A stretch of DNA of 64,000 nt from Squalus acanthias (lineage: Eukaryota), in the NCBI GenBank assembly GCA_030390025.1, contig CM059433.1, positions 9,302,001 to 9,366,000 on the forward strand, read 5' to 3'. Each line of letters opens with the position of its first letter. The stretch's first letter is position 1. The notes beneath the pieces are model-generated. The model was not told the origin of the DNA. It saw nothing but the letters and a program-made list of their open reading frames with translations, and searched no databases. The position numbers were made by a program, and so were the translations under genes. Shown piece after piece: positions 13,086 through 24,653 of this stretch.

Positions 13086-14074
13086 CTCTCTAATCCTGCT
13101 GCCTTCCTGCTATGTCCTGATATTAACCTGCTCCTTTGAGCAAGGCGAGCAGGACACCTGCCCCAAGCTAGCCAGCTCTTGTTTAATTATGCAGATTGTG
13201 AAGTCATCTGCAATTTTAGTTGGGGGCCTGAGCGAGGGATCAGTGACAGCTTCCCTGACAGGCCAGAACTTCCGGGGAGGAGGATTGCGGGCCAGAAGAT
13301 GCCCATGCAGGCAAGTCTTTTAATTTTTTTTTGACATAAGGTGTCCTTGTGGGCCAGAAGGAGGAGTGCTCCTCCAGGCCCCACAAGGAAGTCTAGGGCC
13401 TCCCTTGCCATGGGCTCCCACTACTCCCCCGATTGCTTCCCCATCCCGCTTTGAAGCTCATGTGCCTGCCCTCCCTTTAAAATCAAAGTCTAAAATGTTC
13501 TTTAGCAGCTCACTAAAACTACCATGTTAATACATACAAATTGTGATTGATCAGATTGATGTGTCTTTGGGGGTTTCTCAGGCACCATAAAACAGAAAAC
13601 TTAGGTGGAAATGAATTGCTGGAAGTGACTATGGCTGTTGCTTGGGTCTGTCACTTAACACAAGGTGTTGCCCCATTGTAATCAATTCGTCCTGTAATAT
13701 ATTTACAGTGCCACTTATATGCACAATACCTTTGGAATCATGAGCAATCACCTTTTTAAATAAATAATAGATAATTTAGCAGATCGTCCATGGTGTTGTT
13801 CACCGAGTCAGTGGATACACAGTTTTGCCAGTCTTGTGACCACGATGGCTCCCCCGTCCCACACTGAAAACAGCCCATGCTGCCATCATTGCGTACTCAC
13901 ACTGATATGGATGGAAAATTAGGGAAAAAAAACACTAAGCTGGTTTAAAATTACCAAGTGAAAAGTGTCTTGACAAATTAAGCCAATTTACGAGTTATTA
14001 TAATTTAATTACTAAGTGTTTGTAAAGGATTCATGCTGTTCCTCAGCCCAGAGAGAACACAGGAGGAAAGAAAC

Positions 14075-16095
14075 AAACAACTTGTATAGCGCCTTTAACG
14101 TAGTAAAATGTCCCGCTTCACAGGAGCGTTAGCAAAATTTGACACCGAGCCATTGGGACGTGTGACCAAAAGCTTCAAACAGGAGCAGAGAGGTGCAGAG
14201 GTTTATGGAGGGAATTCCAGACCTTAGGGTGGAGCGCAGAGGGTTCATAGAAAGATACAACACAGAAATAGGCCATTCGGTCCATCGTGCCTGCTCTTTG
14301 GTAGAGCTATCCAATTAATCCCACTCCCCTGCTCTTTCCCCACAGCCCTATAATTTTTTTCCTTCAAGTATTTATCCAATTCTCTTTTGAATGTTACTAT
14401 TGAATCTGCTTCCACTGCCCTTTCAGGCAGTGAATTCCAGATCACAACACACTAATAAAATGTTTCCACATCTGGTTCTTTTGCCAATCACCTTAAATCT
14501 CTGTCCTCTGGTTACTGACCCTTCAGTCATTGGAAACAGTTTCTCCTTAATTACTCCATCAAAACCAGTCATGACTTTGAACACCTCCATCAAATCTCCT
14601 CTTAACCTTCTCTGCTCCAAGGACAACAACCCCATCTTCTCCACGTATCTGAAGTCCCTCATCCCTGGAACCATTCTAGTAAATCTCTTCTGCACCCTCT
14701 CGAAGGCCTTCACATCCTTCCTAAAGTGCGGTGCCCAGAATTGGACACAATGCTCCAGCTGAGGCCTAACCAGTGTTTTATAAAGATTTAGCATAACTTC
14801 CTTGCTTTTGTACTCTATTCTTCTATTAATAAAGCCAAGGATCCCATATGCTTTTTAAAAAAAAGCCTGCTCAACCTGTCCTGCCATCTTCAAAAATGTG
14901 TGCACATACATTTATTTTATATTGCTTCTCCTCATTCTTCCTACCAAAATGTATCACTTCACACTTTAAATTTCATCTGCCATGTGTCTGCCCATTTTAC
15001 CAGTATGTCCTCCTGAAGTCTGTTACTATCCTCCTCATTGTTTACTACATTTCCGAATTTCGTATCATCTGCAAACTTTGAAATTATGCCCTGTATACTC
15101 AAGTCCAGGTCATTAATATATATCAAAGAGCAGAGGTCCTAATACCGACCTCTGGGGACCACCACTGTATACCTCCCTCCCGTCTGAAAAACAACCACTA
15201 CTCTGTTCTGTCCCTTAGCCAATTTTGTAGCCATGCTGCCAGTGTCCCTTCAATCCCATGGGCTTTAATTTTGCTAATAAGCCTATTGTGTGGTACTTTG
15301 TTAAATGCCTTTTGAAAGTCCATATCCATATCAATGGCATTACCCTCAACCACCCTGTCACTTCATCAAAAAACAATTTGCCTTTAACAAATCCGTGCTG
15401 ACTTTCACTTATTAGCCTATACTTTTCCAAATGCCAATTAATTTTGTCCAGATTATTGTCTCCAGTTTTCCCCACCACTGACGTTAGGCGGACTTCGCCT
15501 GCATTTCTCAGGTTTATCTGTCGCCCTTTTTTTTTTTAAGCAGGAGGTAACATTTGCAATCCTCCAGTCCTCTGGCACCACCCTCATATCCAAGGAGTAT
15601 TGTAGGGCTGGAGGCAGTTACAGAGATAGGGAGGGGCGAGGCTATGGAGAGATGTGAAAACAATGATGAGAATTATTTAAAAACCGAGGCGTTGCCAGAA
15701 CGGAAGCCAATGTAGGTCAGCGAGCACAGGAGTGATGGGGGAACAGGACTTTGTGCAAGTTAGGATACGGGCAGCAGAAATTTGGATGAGTTCAAGTTTA
15801 GGGAGGGTGGAAGATGGGAGGCCGTCCAGGAGAGAATTGGAATAGTCAAGTCTAAAGGTAACAAAGGCATGGATGAGGGTTCCAGCAGCAGATGAGCTGA
15901 GGCAGGGGTGGAGACGGTTGATATTACCAAGGTGGATGTAGGCAGTCTTGGTGATGGGTGATATGGCGTCGGAAGCTCATCGCAGGGTCAAATAGGACGC
16001 CAAGGTTGGGAACGGTCTGGTTCAACCTCAGAGTGGCCAGGGAGAAGGCTGCAGTTGTGGGCTAGGGAACAGAGTTCGTGGCGAGGACCAAAGAC
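14075..16095 (-). mobile_element. L2 3' fragment with a nested CR1 (14246-15600, minus)
   Basis: L2 3' UTR at 14075-14245 resumes at ~15600. The CR1 carries [21 protein letters not shown] and LISESQHGFVKGK. Confidence 0.85.
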
Positions 16096-16626
16096 ACCAG
16101 TTAGGTGCGGAACAAGTAAATTGTGGTACTCAGTTGTCCAGAGTATCAAGACTGGATTAAAACATGAAAATCAAGCGCAAGAACTTTGTGCCCTGCAAGT
16201 GACAAGCACACCACCCACCCTTGCCCCACACAAAACTCATGATGTGGCACTTAAGTCATACAGATCAGTGAAATCCCAGGTTCAATCCTTAATCTGTGGT
16301 AAATTGGCAAATCTCAGAAGAAGCAGTCATGCACTATATTAGATCTCAGCATCAAAGGAAGGAAAAAGAAACAAAATTCCTACCCCTGCTGGAAGTACAC
16401 ATACAGAGGTGTTGAATAAAAACAGGATCAGGCTGAGCTGTAAATGACCCCTATAGTGTAAAAGGCAAGAAATACGGTCCAGTTTCACATATGAAGAACT
16501 GCCATTTGGATGAAGGTCAAAGGGTCGGCTGTTAGCAGCCATGGAACCATAATCAGCATAAGAGATCAAACTGGAAAAAAAAACACCCCACATTATTCAA
16601 ACTTTAAAACTTAATGCAATACTCAC

Positions 16627-16772
16627 CACCCAAAGCAGAACAATGCAAGGTAAAGTCCCAGAAGCGTGGCAACAGCATGCCTGGCATAGCTGCTAGTTTT
16701 ACTTGGGTGAAGATAAAGTCGAAACCATACACTTGCTAGCAAAGCAAACAACTGGCACACTACAAAATTCAC
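16627..16772 (-). CDS. MBOAT2: MBOAT2 coding exon 2 (VNFVVCQLFALLASVWFRLYLHPSKTSSYARHAVATLLGLYLALFCFGW)
   Basis: 146 nt, ctttctag| acceptor and |gtgagt donor. Continues exon 1 in frame and matches MBOAT2 VNFVVCQLFALLAAIWFRTYLH...LYLALFCFGW. Not called in the ORF track. Confidence 0.96.
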
Positions 16773-19362
16773 CTAGAAAGAGAAAATGTAGTTGTTATAG
16801 TGCCATTAAAAAAAAATTAAATCAGAATACATCTCAAAATTACAAAAATCAATTAAAAATAAAACTGATTAGCAGCCAATTCCACTGGTTTAAATCCACA
16901 TGGTCAAACTGCAAACTCTTGGGACACTCGGGGAAGCCCCAGGTTATCAGTTGATCAGATTTATGAACTTTTTCCAATATTTGTTGGCTCAGTATTTCTG
17001 TTCCTGTGTAGTAATGAAAAGCATTTTCTTCAATGATAGCTCTGTTTTGCTTTGACACGGTCTTTCAAACATGATGCTCCTGGAGGTGAAAGGGGTCCCC
17101 GCACAGAAAGGTTGGAAAACCATTGTTTAAGCAAGCAAAACCATACCAACGGCAATACAGGAAGTCTAAAATTGCAGTGGATTGTCAAGGCTGCCTGGTT
17201 TAATCACTGCAGGAACTTCTGCACTGCAGGAACTTTGATGCAATTACTGAACACAATAGCAAGTTCCTCACATAGATTTCTTTCTGTATCAAGTCATTTC
17301 TGATAACATTCCAAGTCCACATTTCTATTTGCACTTAAATTGGTTGATTTGGATGATTATCTATTGTAATTAAGAATAACATTCATTGTCTAGTAGGTAG
17401 TGAAAGCCTACTATACACTATCCATAATTTGGCACAGAAGGAGCCATCTCACTCAGACAGCACTAAATATTATTGGGGGGAGAGGAGGGGGGGGGGGGGG
17501 GGGGGAACAGAACTCACGCTGGTAGGGCTTATACTGCCGAGATAGAGATCTTGGTCCCATTTCTATTCCAGGTAATCCTCTGTCTTAACTGAGTGCTCTC
17601 AGACAGTTTATTTTGAGGGAAGGGATAGGTCTTAATGCCTCATTTTGAAGAACAAAAATTCAAGAGTTTATTTTCTCACTTAACTATATTTACAGTACAA
17701 AACACAAAAACTAAAGGAAAACACATAGCATTCCATTTAATATAAATAATCCTTGGATTTCTTGCTCAAGTTAAAAGCTTTTGCCCAGTTCCCTGATGGC
17801 TTAGTGGGTTAAAAGCAGACGTGGTGGGGTACTAAGCTCGATTGACCAAAATGTTTCAGATTTCATTCCCACTATCTATGCTGGGCAAACTGCTCCCAAC
17901 CCTGGCAACAGTAGTTTTGCTAGAGTTTGCCTCCATATCCATGGGCTGGAGAAATGAGTCTGTGGCAGATGATGGGAAAGTTTAAAAAACAGCCCAGGGC
18001 TCCCATTGGCAATTGCAATTTTATGACTGCTGCTAAAACAGTCCAAGTGCCAAATTTAAACCGGATCAGGCTCTGCTCTAATGCACACCATAGCCAACTA
18101 GCCCGCCAAACCTTACTGCTCTAGACTCACAAGAATGGTCACTTGGGCTAGGTATTGGAGAACTGCACACATCCAAGAGTCTCTGCTTCCAGGAGAGAAA
18201 ATTGGTTAGGGAAAACGAAGAGACATTTGAACCTGTTGTTGCCCCCAAATCCTCACCATCTTTCCTTCAACTACTTTTTGTTTTAGGGATCTCTCCCTTA
18301 AGGTTTTCCACTCATGCCACAGTACCGCAATAGCCCTGAACCAAAAAGTCACAAACATTCTCAGTGCCCATCATCATTCGGTCAACCACACCATGCACCA
18401 CCAACATTTATCCTCCATTGTCCACTTTGGTGGAACTGCCCTCGCTGGGTCCCACTGTAAGCTATCCAGTCAGTCAGAATATCTGCAGCAATGGCTTCTC
18501 TTGTCCTTCCCCCCACACCCATTAAATCAGGAGTCCCCCCTAAGGGTCTATCCTTAGCCCCTTCTTCACCACCTCGTTCGATGGTTCCACTGCCTGCGTT
18601 GTCAGACTGCTTAGTTAACATCCAGTCTTGATGAGCTGCAATTTCCTGCAGTTAAACATTGGAAAGAGCAAATCCATTGCTGTCGGACCTCACCACAAAC
18701 TGCATACCCTTGCCATTAATTCCATCTTCTTCAGCCACCTTAAGTTTTAAGGTAACTTTGTCTCGCTTACAGCCCATTCCCCATCACTTCTGTTAACTGC
18801 TGAGCTTATGACTGTCCTACTAGTTTTTCAGCTTTATTTTGCTACTGTGGGGATCCTGGCCTAAAATTCACTCTCCTGGGCCGAAGTCTACATCTCACCG
18901 CTTCCGGATCTTGGGTGACCCCAAACCTCCCCACCGTTTTTCCGCACCACGATCAATTCTGCACAACTCCTGATTCTTCATTTCTATGGAAATACCTCCA
19001 GCAGAGCACCTCAAATACGCTACGCTTCAAAATAGCTTCGAGACTACCTTGCCCTCCACACCCGTCTCTAACCTGGACATTGTTTAAGCTCATTGATGCT
19101 CCAAGCTGATTCCATGCTATCTACATAACTTCATCCCACCACGGGACCTCTGACTTTAACTTTGCACTCTCTCTTATTGTCTCCTCTCTGTTCTCCATTT
19201 ATTACCAGTACATATCTATCCTAATCTTGCTATGTAACCATGCCTTTATAACCGGAGTTTGTGTGTCCATTCACCTGCACGTTTTGGCTGCCACTCCAGA
19301 TCTGAGCCCATCACTTCTATTTTCCTTCCTTTCTCTTTACCCCTCTCTCCTGTAGTCACGCC

Positions 19363-19498
19363 CAATGTACCCGTTAAGCTGCACGGCCGCGCAGCGGTCT
19401 GGAGGTGCCGCGCAGGCCGGTCACCGGCTTTTGAATGGAAAACACGTGTATGTGCAGACAGTTGAATGAGCCGCGCACCCAAAAAAAAGGAAACATTG
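19363..19498 (-). mobile_element. hAT-type MITE, same family as 1421-1588
   Basis: TIRs CAATGTACCC / GGAAACATTG. 8-bp TSD GTCACGCC / ATCACGCC. Internal GCAGCGGTCTGGAGGT is the reverse complement of the 1421 copy. Confidence 0.8.
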
Positions 19499-19811
19499 AT
19501 CACGCCTCCTTTCATTTCTCACCTCATGTACTCTGCACCTCCCGCCAAATCCCTTCCTACTCCCATCCCAGGTTCGACTCCTTCTTGGATAAGCCTATAG
19601 CTTTCCTGTGTGCCTCTCTCGGCATCCACCGAAGGGCCCATCAAGGCACTCATTGCTGCCTCAATACAAGTAGCAACCCCAACTGCCATTCACCCACTGA
19701 CCCCATGGACTCTGTCAGTGGTTCAGTTATTACCAACCCCTCCACATTTCCATCCAGAATGTCCATGCACTTGTGAACAAGGCCCTTGCCAACCATGACC
19801 TTATTATGGAT

Positions 19812-19992
19812 TAAAAAACAGAAAATGCTGGAAATACTCAGCAAGTCAGGCAGCATCTGTGGAGAGAGAAACAGAGTTAACGTCAACTCTGTTTCTCTCT
19901 CCACAGATGCTGCCTGACCTGCTGAGTATTTCCAGCATTTTCTGTTTTGATTTCAGATTTCCAGCATCTGCAGTATTTTGCTTTTGTATCTC
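19812..19992. mobile_element. Fold-back mini-element from a Penelope-like terminus (family A)
   Basis: Palindrome ~19814-19948 centred on GAGTTAACGTCAACTC, with an unpaired right overhang. 9-bp TSD ATTATGGAT at 19803-19811 and 19993-20001. Confidence 0.8.
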
Positions 19993-22445
19993 ATTATGGA
20001 TGATTGAATCAACATTATGGCCTGGAGGGAAACTTGGCTGACTGGTGAAAACATCTTCTCTCTTAAAGACTCACCGGCTGGCTGTGCCTTTCACCACTTG
20101 TCCCGTCCAGACCTCCGCAGTGGTGGTGTGGCCCTTATCACCAAATCACACCTTGGTCTGTCACCTTCTCCTCTGAGCATCTCACTCTGTTCTACCCCTT
20201 TCACTTGTCCTTTAAAATCCTCATTCTCTACTGCCCACCCAAGTTCCACGCCAAATTTCTCACCGAGATGTCTTCACTGCTTTCCTCCCTCACACTCTGC
20301 ACCGAGTGACCCCTCATCCTTGGTGATTTCAATCTCCTTCTCAACTCATCATGCCATCTCTCCAGAGTTCACTGCCCTCCCATCACCCCTTAATTTCTGC
20401 TTGCCTATAAACTCGCCTACCCATATTCACGGCCACCCCCTCGACCTTGGCATCTCACGTGGCGCCTCTACTCCCATCATGTCAATCACAGATAAGGCCA
20501 TTTCTGATCACTTCCTTGTATCCCCTCTCCCAACCCCACTTATTTCTGTGTCCACCCAAGACACTTACAAATTTACAACTATCTAGCCTTTGGCCCTTCA
20601 TTCACCACGACATTGAAGCAGCTACTGATCTGCGCAATCACACCCTCAACTCCACCTTTGATGCCCTTGTCCCCATTAAAACCATTTCACGCTCACCCTG
20701 GCCGTTCCCCCTGGTTCAGCCCTCATCTCTGCTCCCTCAAGTCCAAGAGGCACAGGCTTGAACATTTATGGCTAACAACTGGTTTAGCCATTCACCTCCA
20801 GATCTGGCTGGACCACATCAAGCACCATTGGGTCCTGCTCTCCTCTGCCAAAACTGCTCTTGATCATCCAGAAATGCAAAGATAACCCCTGGCTTCTCTT
20901 CTCCACTACAAACCATCTTCTTAAACCCCTCTCCCCTGCCCCCTCCACCAAGTGCGAGGAGCTCATGGACTTTGTCATTAAAAATTGAGACCATCCGTTC
21001 AGCTGCCTCTGCCGCTTCCCTCTCGTCCCCTAACCCAACTTCCCTCAAGGTTCCCCCTGCCCTAGCCCTGAACTCGCATCTTTCTCTTGTTTCCCCTTCG
21101 AACTCATCTTGTCCACGAGACCCACCTCCTGCTCCTTCCAACCTATTTCCACCAGACTGCTGAACACCCAACTTCCTTTCCTAGGCCCCAGGTTAGTCGA
21201 TATTGGCAGCGGTTCCGTCTTCTCAAGTACGGTCCCACTCCCCATCAAACCTGCAGTCAGCACCCCGCCTCCTCAGAAAACCCACCCTTGACCACACTGT
21301 CCTTCGAAACTACTGCCCCATCTCCAACCTCCCGTTCCGCTCCAAAGTCCTTGAACATGTAGTCGCCTCCCAAATCCGTGCCATCATTGAATCACTCCAA
21401 TCAGGTTTCCGCCTCGCCACAGTACTAAAATGGCTCTTATCAAAGTCACAAATTACATCCTATGTGACTGTGACAAAGGTAAACTATCCCTCCTCGTCCG
21501 TCTCAACCTATCTGCAGCCTTTGACACCCACCACCCTCCTCCAAAACCTCTCCGTCATTCAGCTGGGTGGGACGGCCCTTGCCTGGTTCTATTCTTACCT
21601 ATCTGGTCGTAGCCAAAGAATCACCTGCAATGGTTTTGCTTTCCACTCCCGCATCATTACCTCTGGAGTCCCCCAAGGACCTAGCCTTGGCCCCCTCCTA
21701 TTTCTCATCTGCATGCTGCCCCTCAGTAGTATCTGAAAGCACACGTCAGGTTCCACATGTACGCTGATGGCACCCAGCTCTACCTCACCACCACACTGCT
21801 GCCTCCGATTTGTCACACTGCTTGTCTGACATCCTGTATTGGATGAGCAGAAATTTCCTTCAACGAAATATTGGGAAGATCAAGGCTAATGGCCTAGAAT
21901 TTGCTGCAGCAAGGCATCAGCAGTTAGGTAGAGTTTCCCCTGCACCCTTCAGCTCTAAACATTTTTGCCCACAAAGTTGCTGAAAGTGCAAGCTGACAAT
22001 GGCACGGGGGGGGGGGGGGGGGGGTGTGGAGAGAAGAGAGAAACAGGGCATCTGGGACCCAAGAAAACATGGGAACCAACAGGGTACCTCCTTAACCACT
22101 TGAGATTTAAAGATTAGAAAATAAACAGCAGATGGACTGAGAAAGAGGGTGAATTAAATGTCAAATCAGGTTCAGAAAGAGAAAAAGATGGGGAAAAAAA
22201 TTGGATTAAGAGAAACAAAAGATTTTTAAAAGTGACGTTTTAAAATCTACCCGAAAAATTCAAAACCTAAAGGAATGAGACTCCACATTTGTAATCGTTA
22301 ATTTTCAGTGTCACAGAGGTTGATTGGCAGTAATCAACAATGAAATGCAAGTTGCTGTTCCGTTCTTTACATCCAAGCTACTTGCATTTGAAAGTGTTGT
22401 ATTTACATTTATTTCAATTACTCGCTCTATGGCAAGGATATACTT

Positions 22446-22656
22446 CATGATGCGGAGATGCCGGTGTTGGACCGGGGTGGACAAAATTGAGAGGTCGCAC
22501 AACACCAGGTTATAGTCCAACAGTTTTATTTGAAATCACAAGCTTTCGGAGCTATCGATTGCTCCTTCCCTGGGGAAGGAGCAATCGATAGCTCCGAAAG
22601 CTTGTGATTTCAAATAAAACTGTTGGACTATAACCTGGTGTTGTGCGACCTCTCAA
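22446..22656. mobile_element. Fold-back mini-element from a Penelope terminus (family B)
   Basis: Perfect 84-bp arms (22487-22570 / 22573-22656). 12-bp TSD AAGGATATACTT at 22434-22445 and 22655-22666. Arms are homologous to the Penelope 3' end at 24575-24653. Confidence 0.88.
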
Positions 22657-22762
22657 GGATATACTTGCCAGAGAGAGTGTGCAGCGAAGGCTCACCAGAC
22701 TGATTCCTGGGATGGCAGGACTGTCGTATGAGGAGAGATTGGGTCGACTAGGCCTGTATTCA

Positions 22763-24653
22763 TTAGATACGTCGAGGGCATCCTGAAACCCATCGTACAG
22801 GGAACCCCCAGCTTCTGCCGCGACACCACAGACTTCTTACAGAAACTCAGCACCCACGGACCAGTTGAACCAGGAACACTCCTCGCCACGATGGACGTAT
22901 CGGCACTCTACACCAGTATCCCCCACGATGACGGCATCGCTGCGACAGCCTCGGTACTCAACACCAACAGCCAATCTCCAGACGCCATCCTACAACTCAT
23001 CCGCTTCATCCTTGACCACAATGTCTTCACCTTCGACAACCATTTTTTTACCCAAACACACGGAACAGCCATGGGGACCAAATTCGCACCCCGATACGCC
23101 AACATCTTCATGCACAAGTTCGAGCAAGACTTCTTCGCTGCACAGGACCTCCAGCCAACGCTGTACACCAGATACATAGACGACATCTTCTTCCTTTGGA
23201 CCCATGGCGAAGGATCACTGAAAAGACTACACGATAACATCAACAAGTTCCATCCCACCATCAAACTCACCATGGACTACTCCTCAGAATCAGTTTCATT
23301 CCTGGACACACGAATCTCCATCAAAAACGGACACCTCAGCACTTCACTCTACCGCAAGCCCACGGACAACCTCACGATGCTCCACTTCTCCAGCTTCCAC
23401 CCTAACCACGTTAAAGAAGCCATCCCCTATGGACAAGCCCTGCGAATACACAGGATCTGCTCAGACGAGGAGGAACGCGATGGACACCTACGGACGCTGA
23501 AAAACGCCCGCGTAAGAACGGGATATGACGCTCGACTCATCGATCGACAGTTCCGAATGGGCCACAGCGAAAAATCGCATAGACCTCCTCAGAAGGCAAA
23601 CACGGGACACAACCAACAGGGTACCCTACGTCGTCCAGTACTTCCCCGGAACGGAGAAACTACGCCATGTTCTTCGCAGCCTTCAACATGTCATCGATGA
23701 CGAACACCTCGCTAAGGCCATCCCCACGCCTCCACTACTTGCCTTCAAACAGCCGCCTAACCTCAGAAGTACCATCGTTCGCAGCAAATTACCCAGCTTT
23801 CAGGATAACAGCGACCACGACACCACACAACCCTGCCACGGCAACCTCTGCAAGACATGCCAGATCATCAACACAGATACCATCATCACACGTGAGGACA
23901 CTACCCACCAGGTACATACTCATGTGACTCGGCCAACGTTGTCTACCTCATACGTTGCAGGAAAGAATGCACCGCGGCATGGTACATCGGCGAGACCATG
24001 CAGACACTGAGACAATGTATGAATGGACACCGCGCAACAATCGCCAGGCAGGATTGTTACCTCCCAGTCGGGGAACACTTCAGCAGTCAAGGACATTCAG
24101 CCTCGGATCTGCGGGTAAGCATTCTCCAAGGCGGCCTTAGAGACACATGACAACGCAAAATCATCGAGCAGAAACTGATAGCCAAGTTCTGCACTCATAA
24201 GGACGGCCTCAACCGGGATCTTGGGTTTATGTCACGATACATGACGTAGAGTCATCCAGACTCGAGTCGTCGTTGGCTTGTTCACAGATGTGATTCCCAG
24301 TAAAAAAGTAAAAATTTTAAAGTTTATCGTTTTCCATACCGACTGCAGCTTTTGACACATTAGACCCCCTGTAACCCCACCTCATTGTCTCAGTTGTATC
24401 TTGCTATGTCTTTGATGTGGTGCCTTCCTGGCTGACCTGATTGTTTATCTGCCGAGATGTGACAAAAGGCAGTCAGGAGGATTAAATGTGGTCGTCTGCC
24501 ATTGTAAATTACACATGCATTGTTCTCTATCTATATATGCTTTGTCGATTTTGTATTCCTTTACTTCACCTGACGAAGGAGCAGCCGCTCCGAAAGCTTG
24601 TGATTTCAAATATAACTGTTGAACTATAACCTGGTGTTGTGCGACTTCTCACT
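22763..24653 (+). mobile_element. Penelope-like retroelement, 5'-truncated: RT + GIY-YIG endonuclease + 3' pLTR
   Basis: RT motifs MDVSALYTSIP, QTHGTAMGTKFAPRYANIFM, RYIDDIF, LYRKPT. GIY-YIG NVVYLIRC..WYIGET..NGHR..E..GLN at ~23935-24240. A few frameshifts and stops. TSD TGTATTCA at 22755-22762 and 24654-24661. Confidence 0.93.
24566..24603 (+). ncRNA. Minimal type I hammerhead ribozyme motif in the Penelope pLTR
   Basis: TCAC-CTGACGA-A-GGAGC(AGCC)GCTCC-GAAA-GC-TT-GTGA: stem I TCAC/GTGA, CUGANGA core, 5-bp stem II, GAAA, palindromic AAGCTT in place of stem III. Minimal hammerheads are an established feature of Penelope-like elements. Confidence 0.75.
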
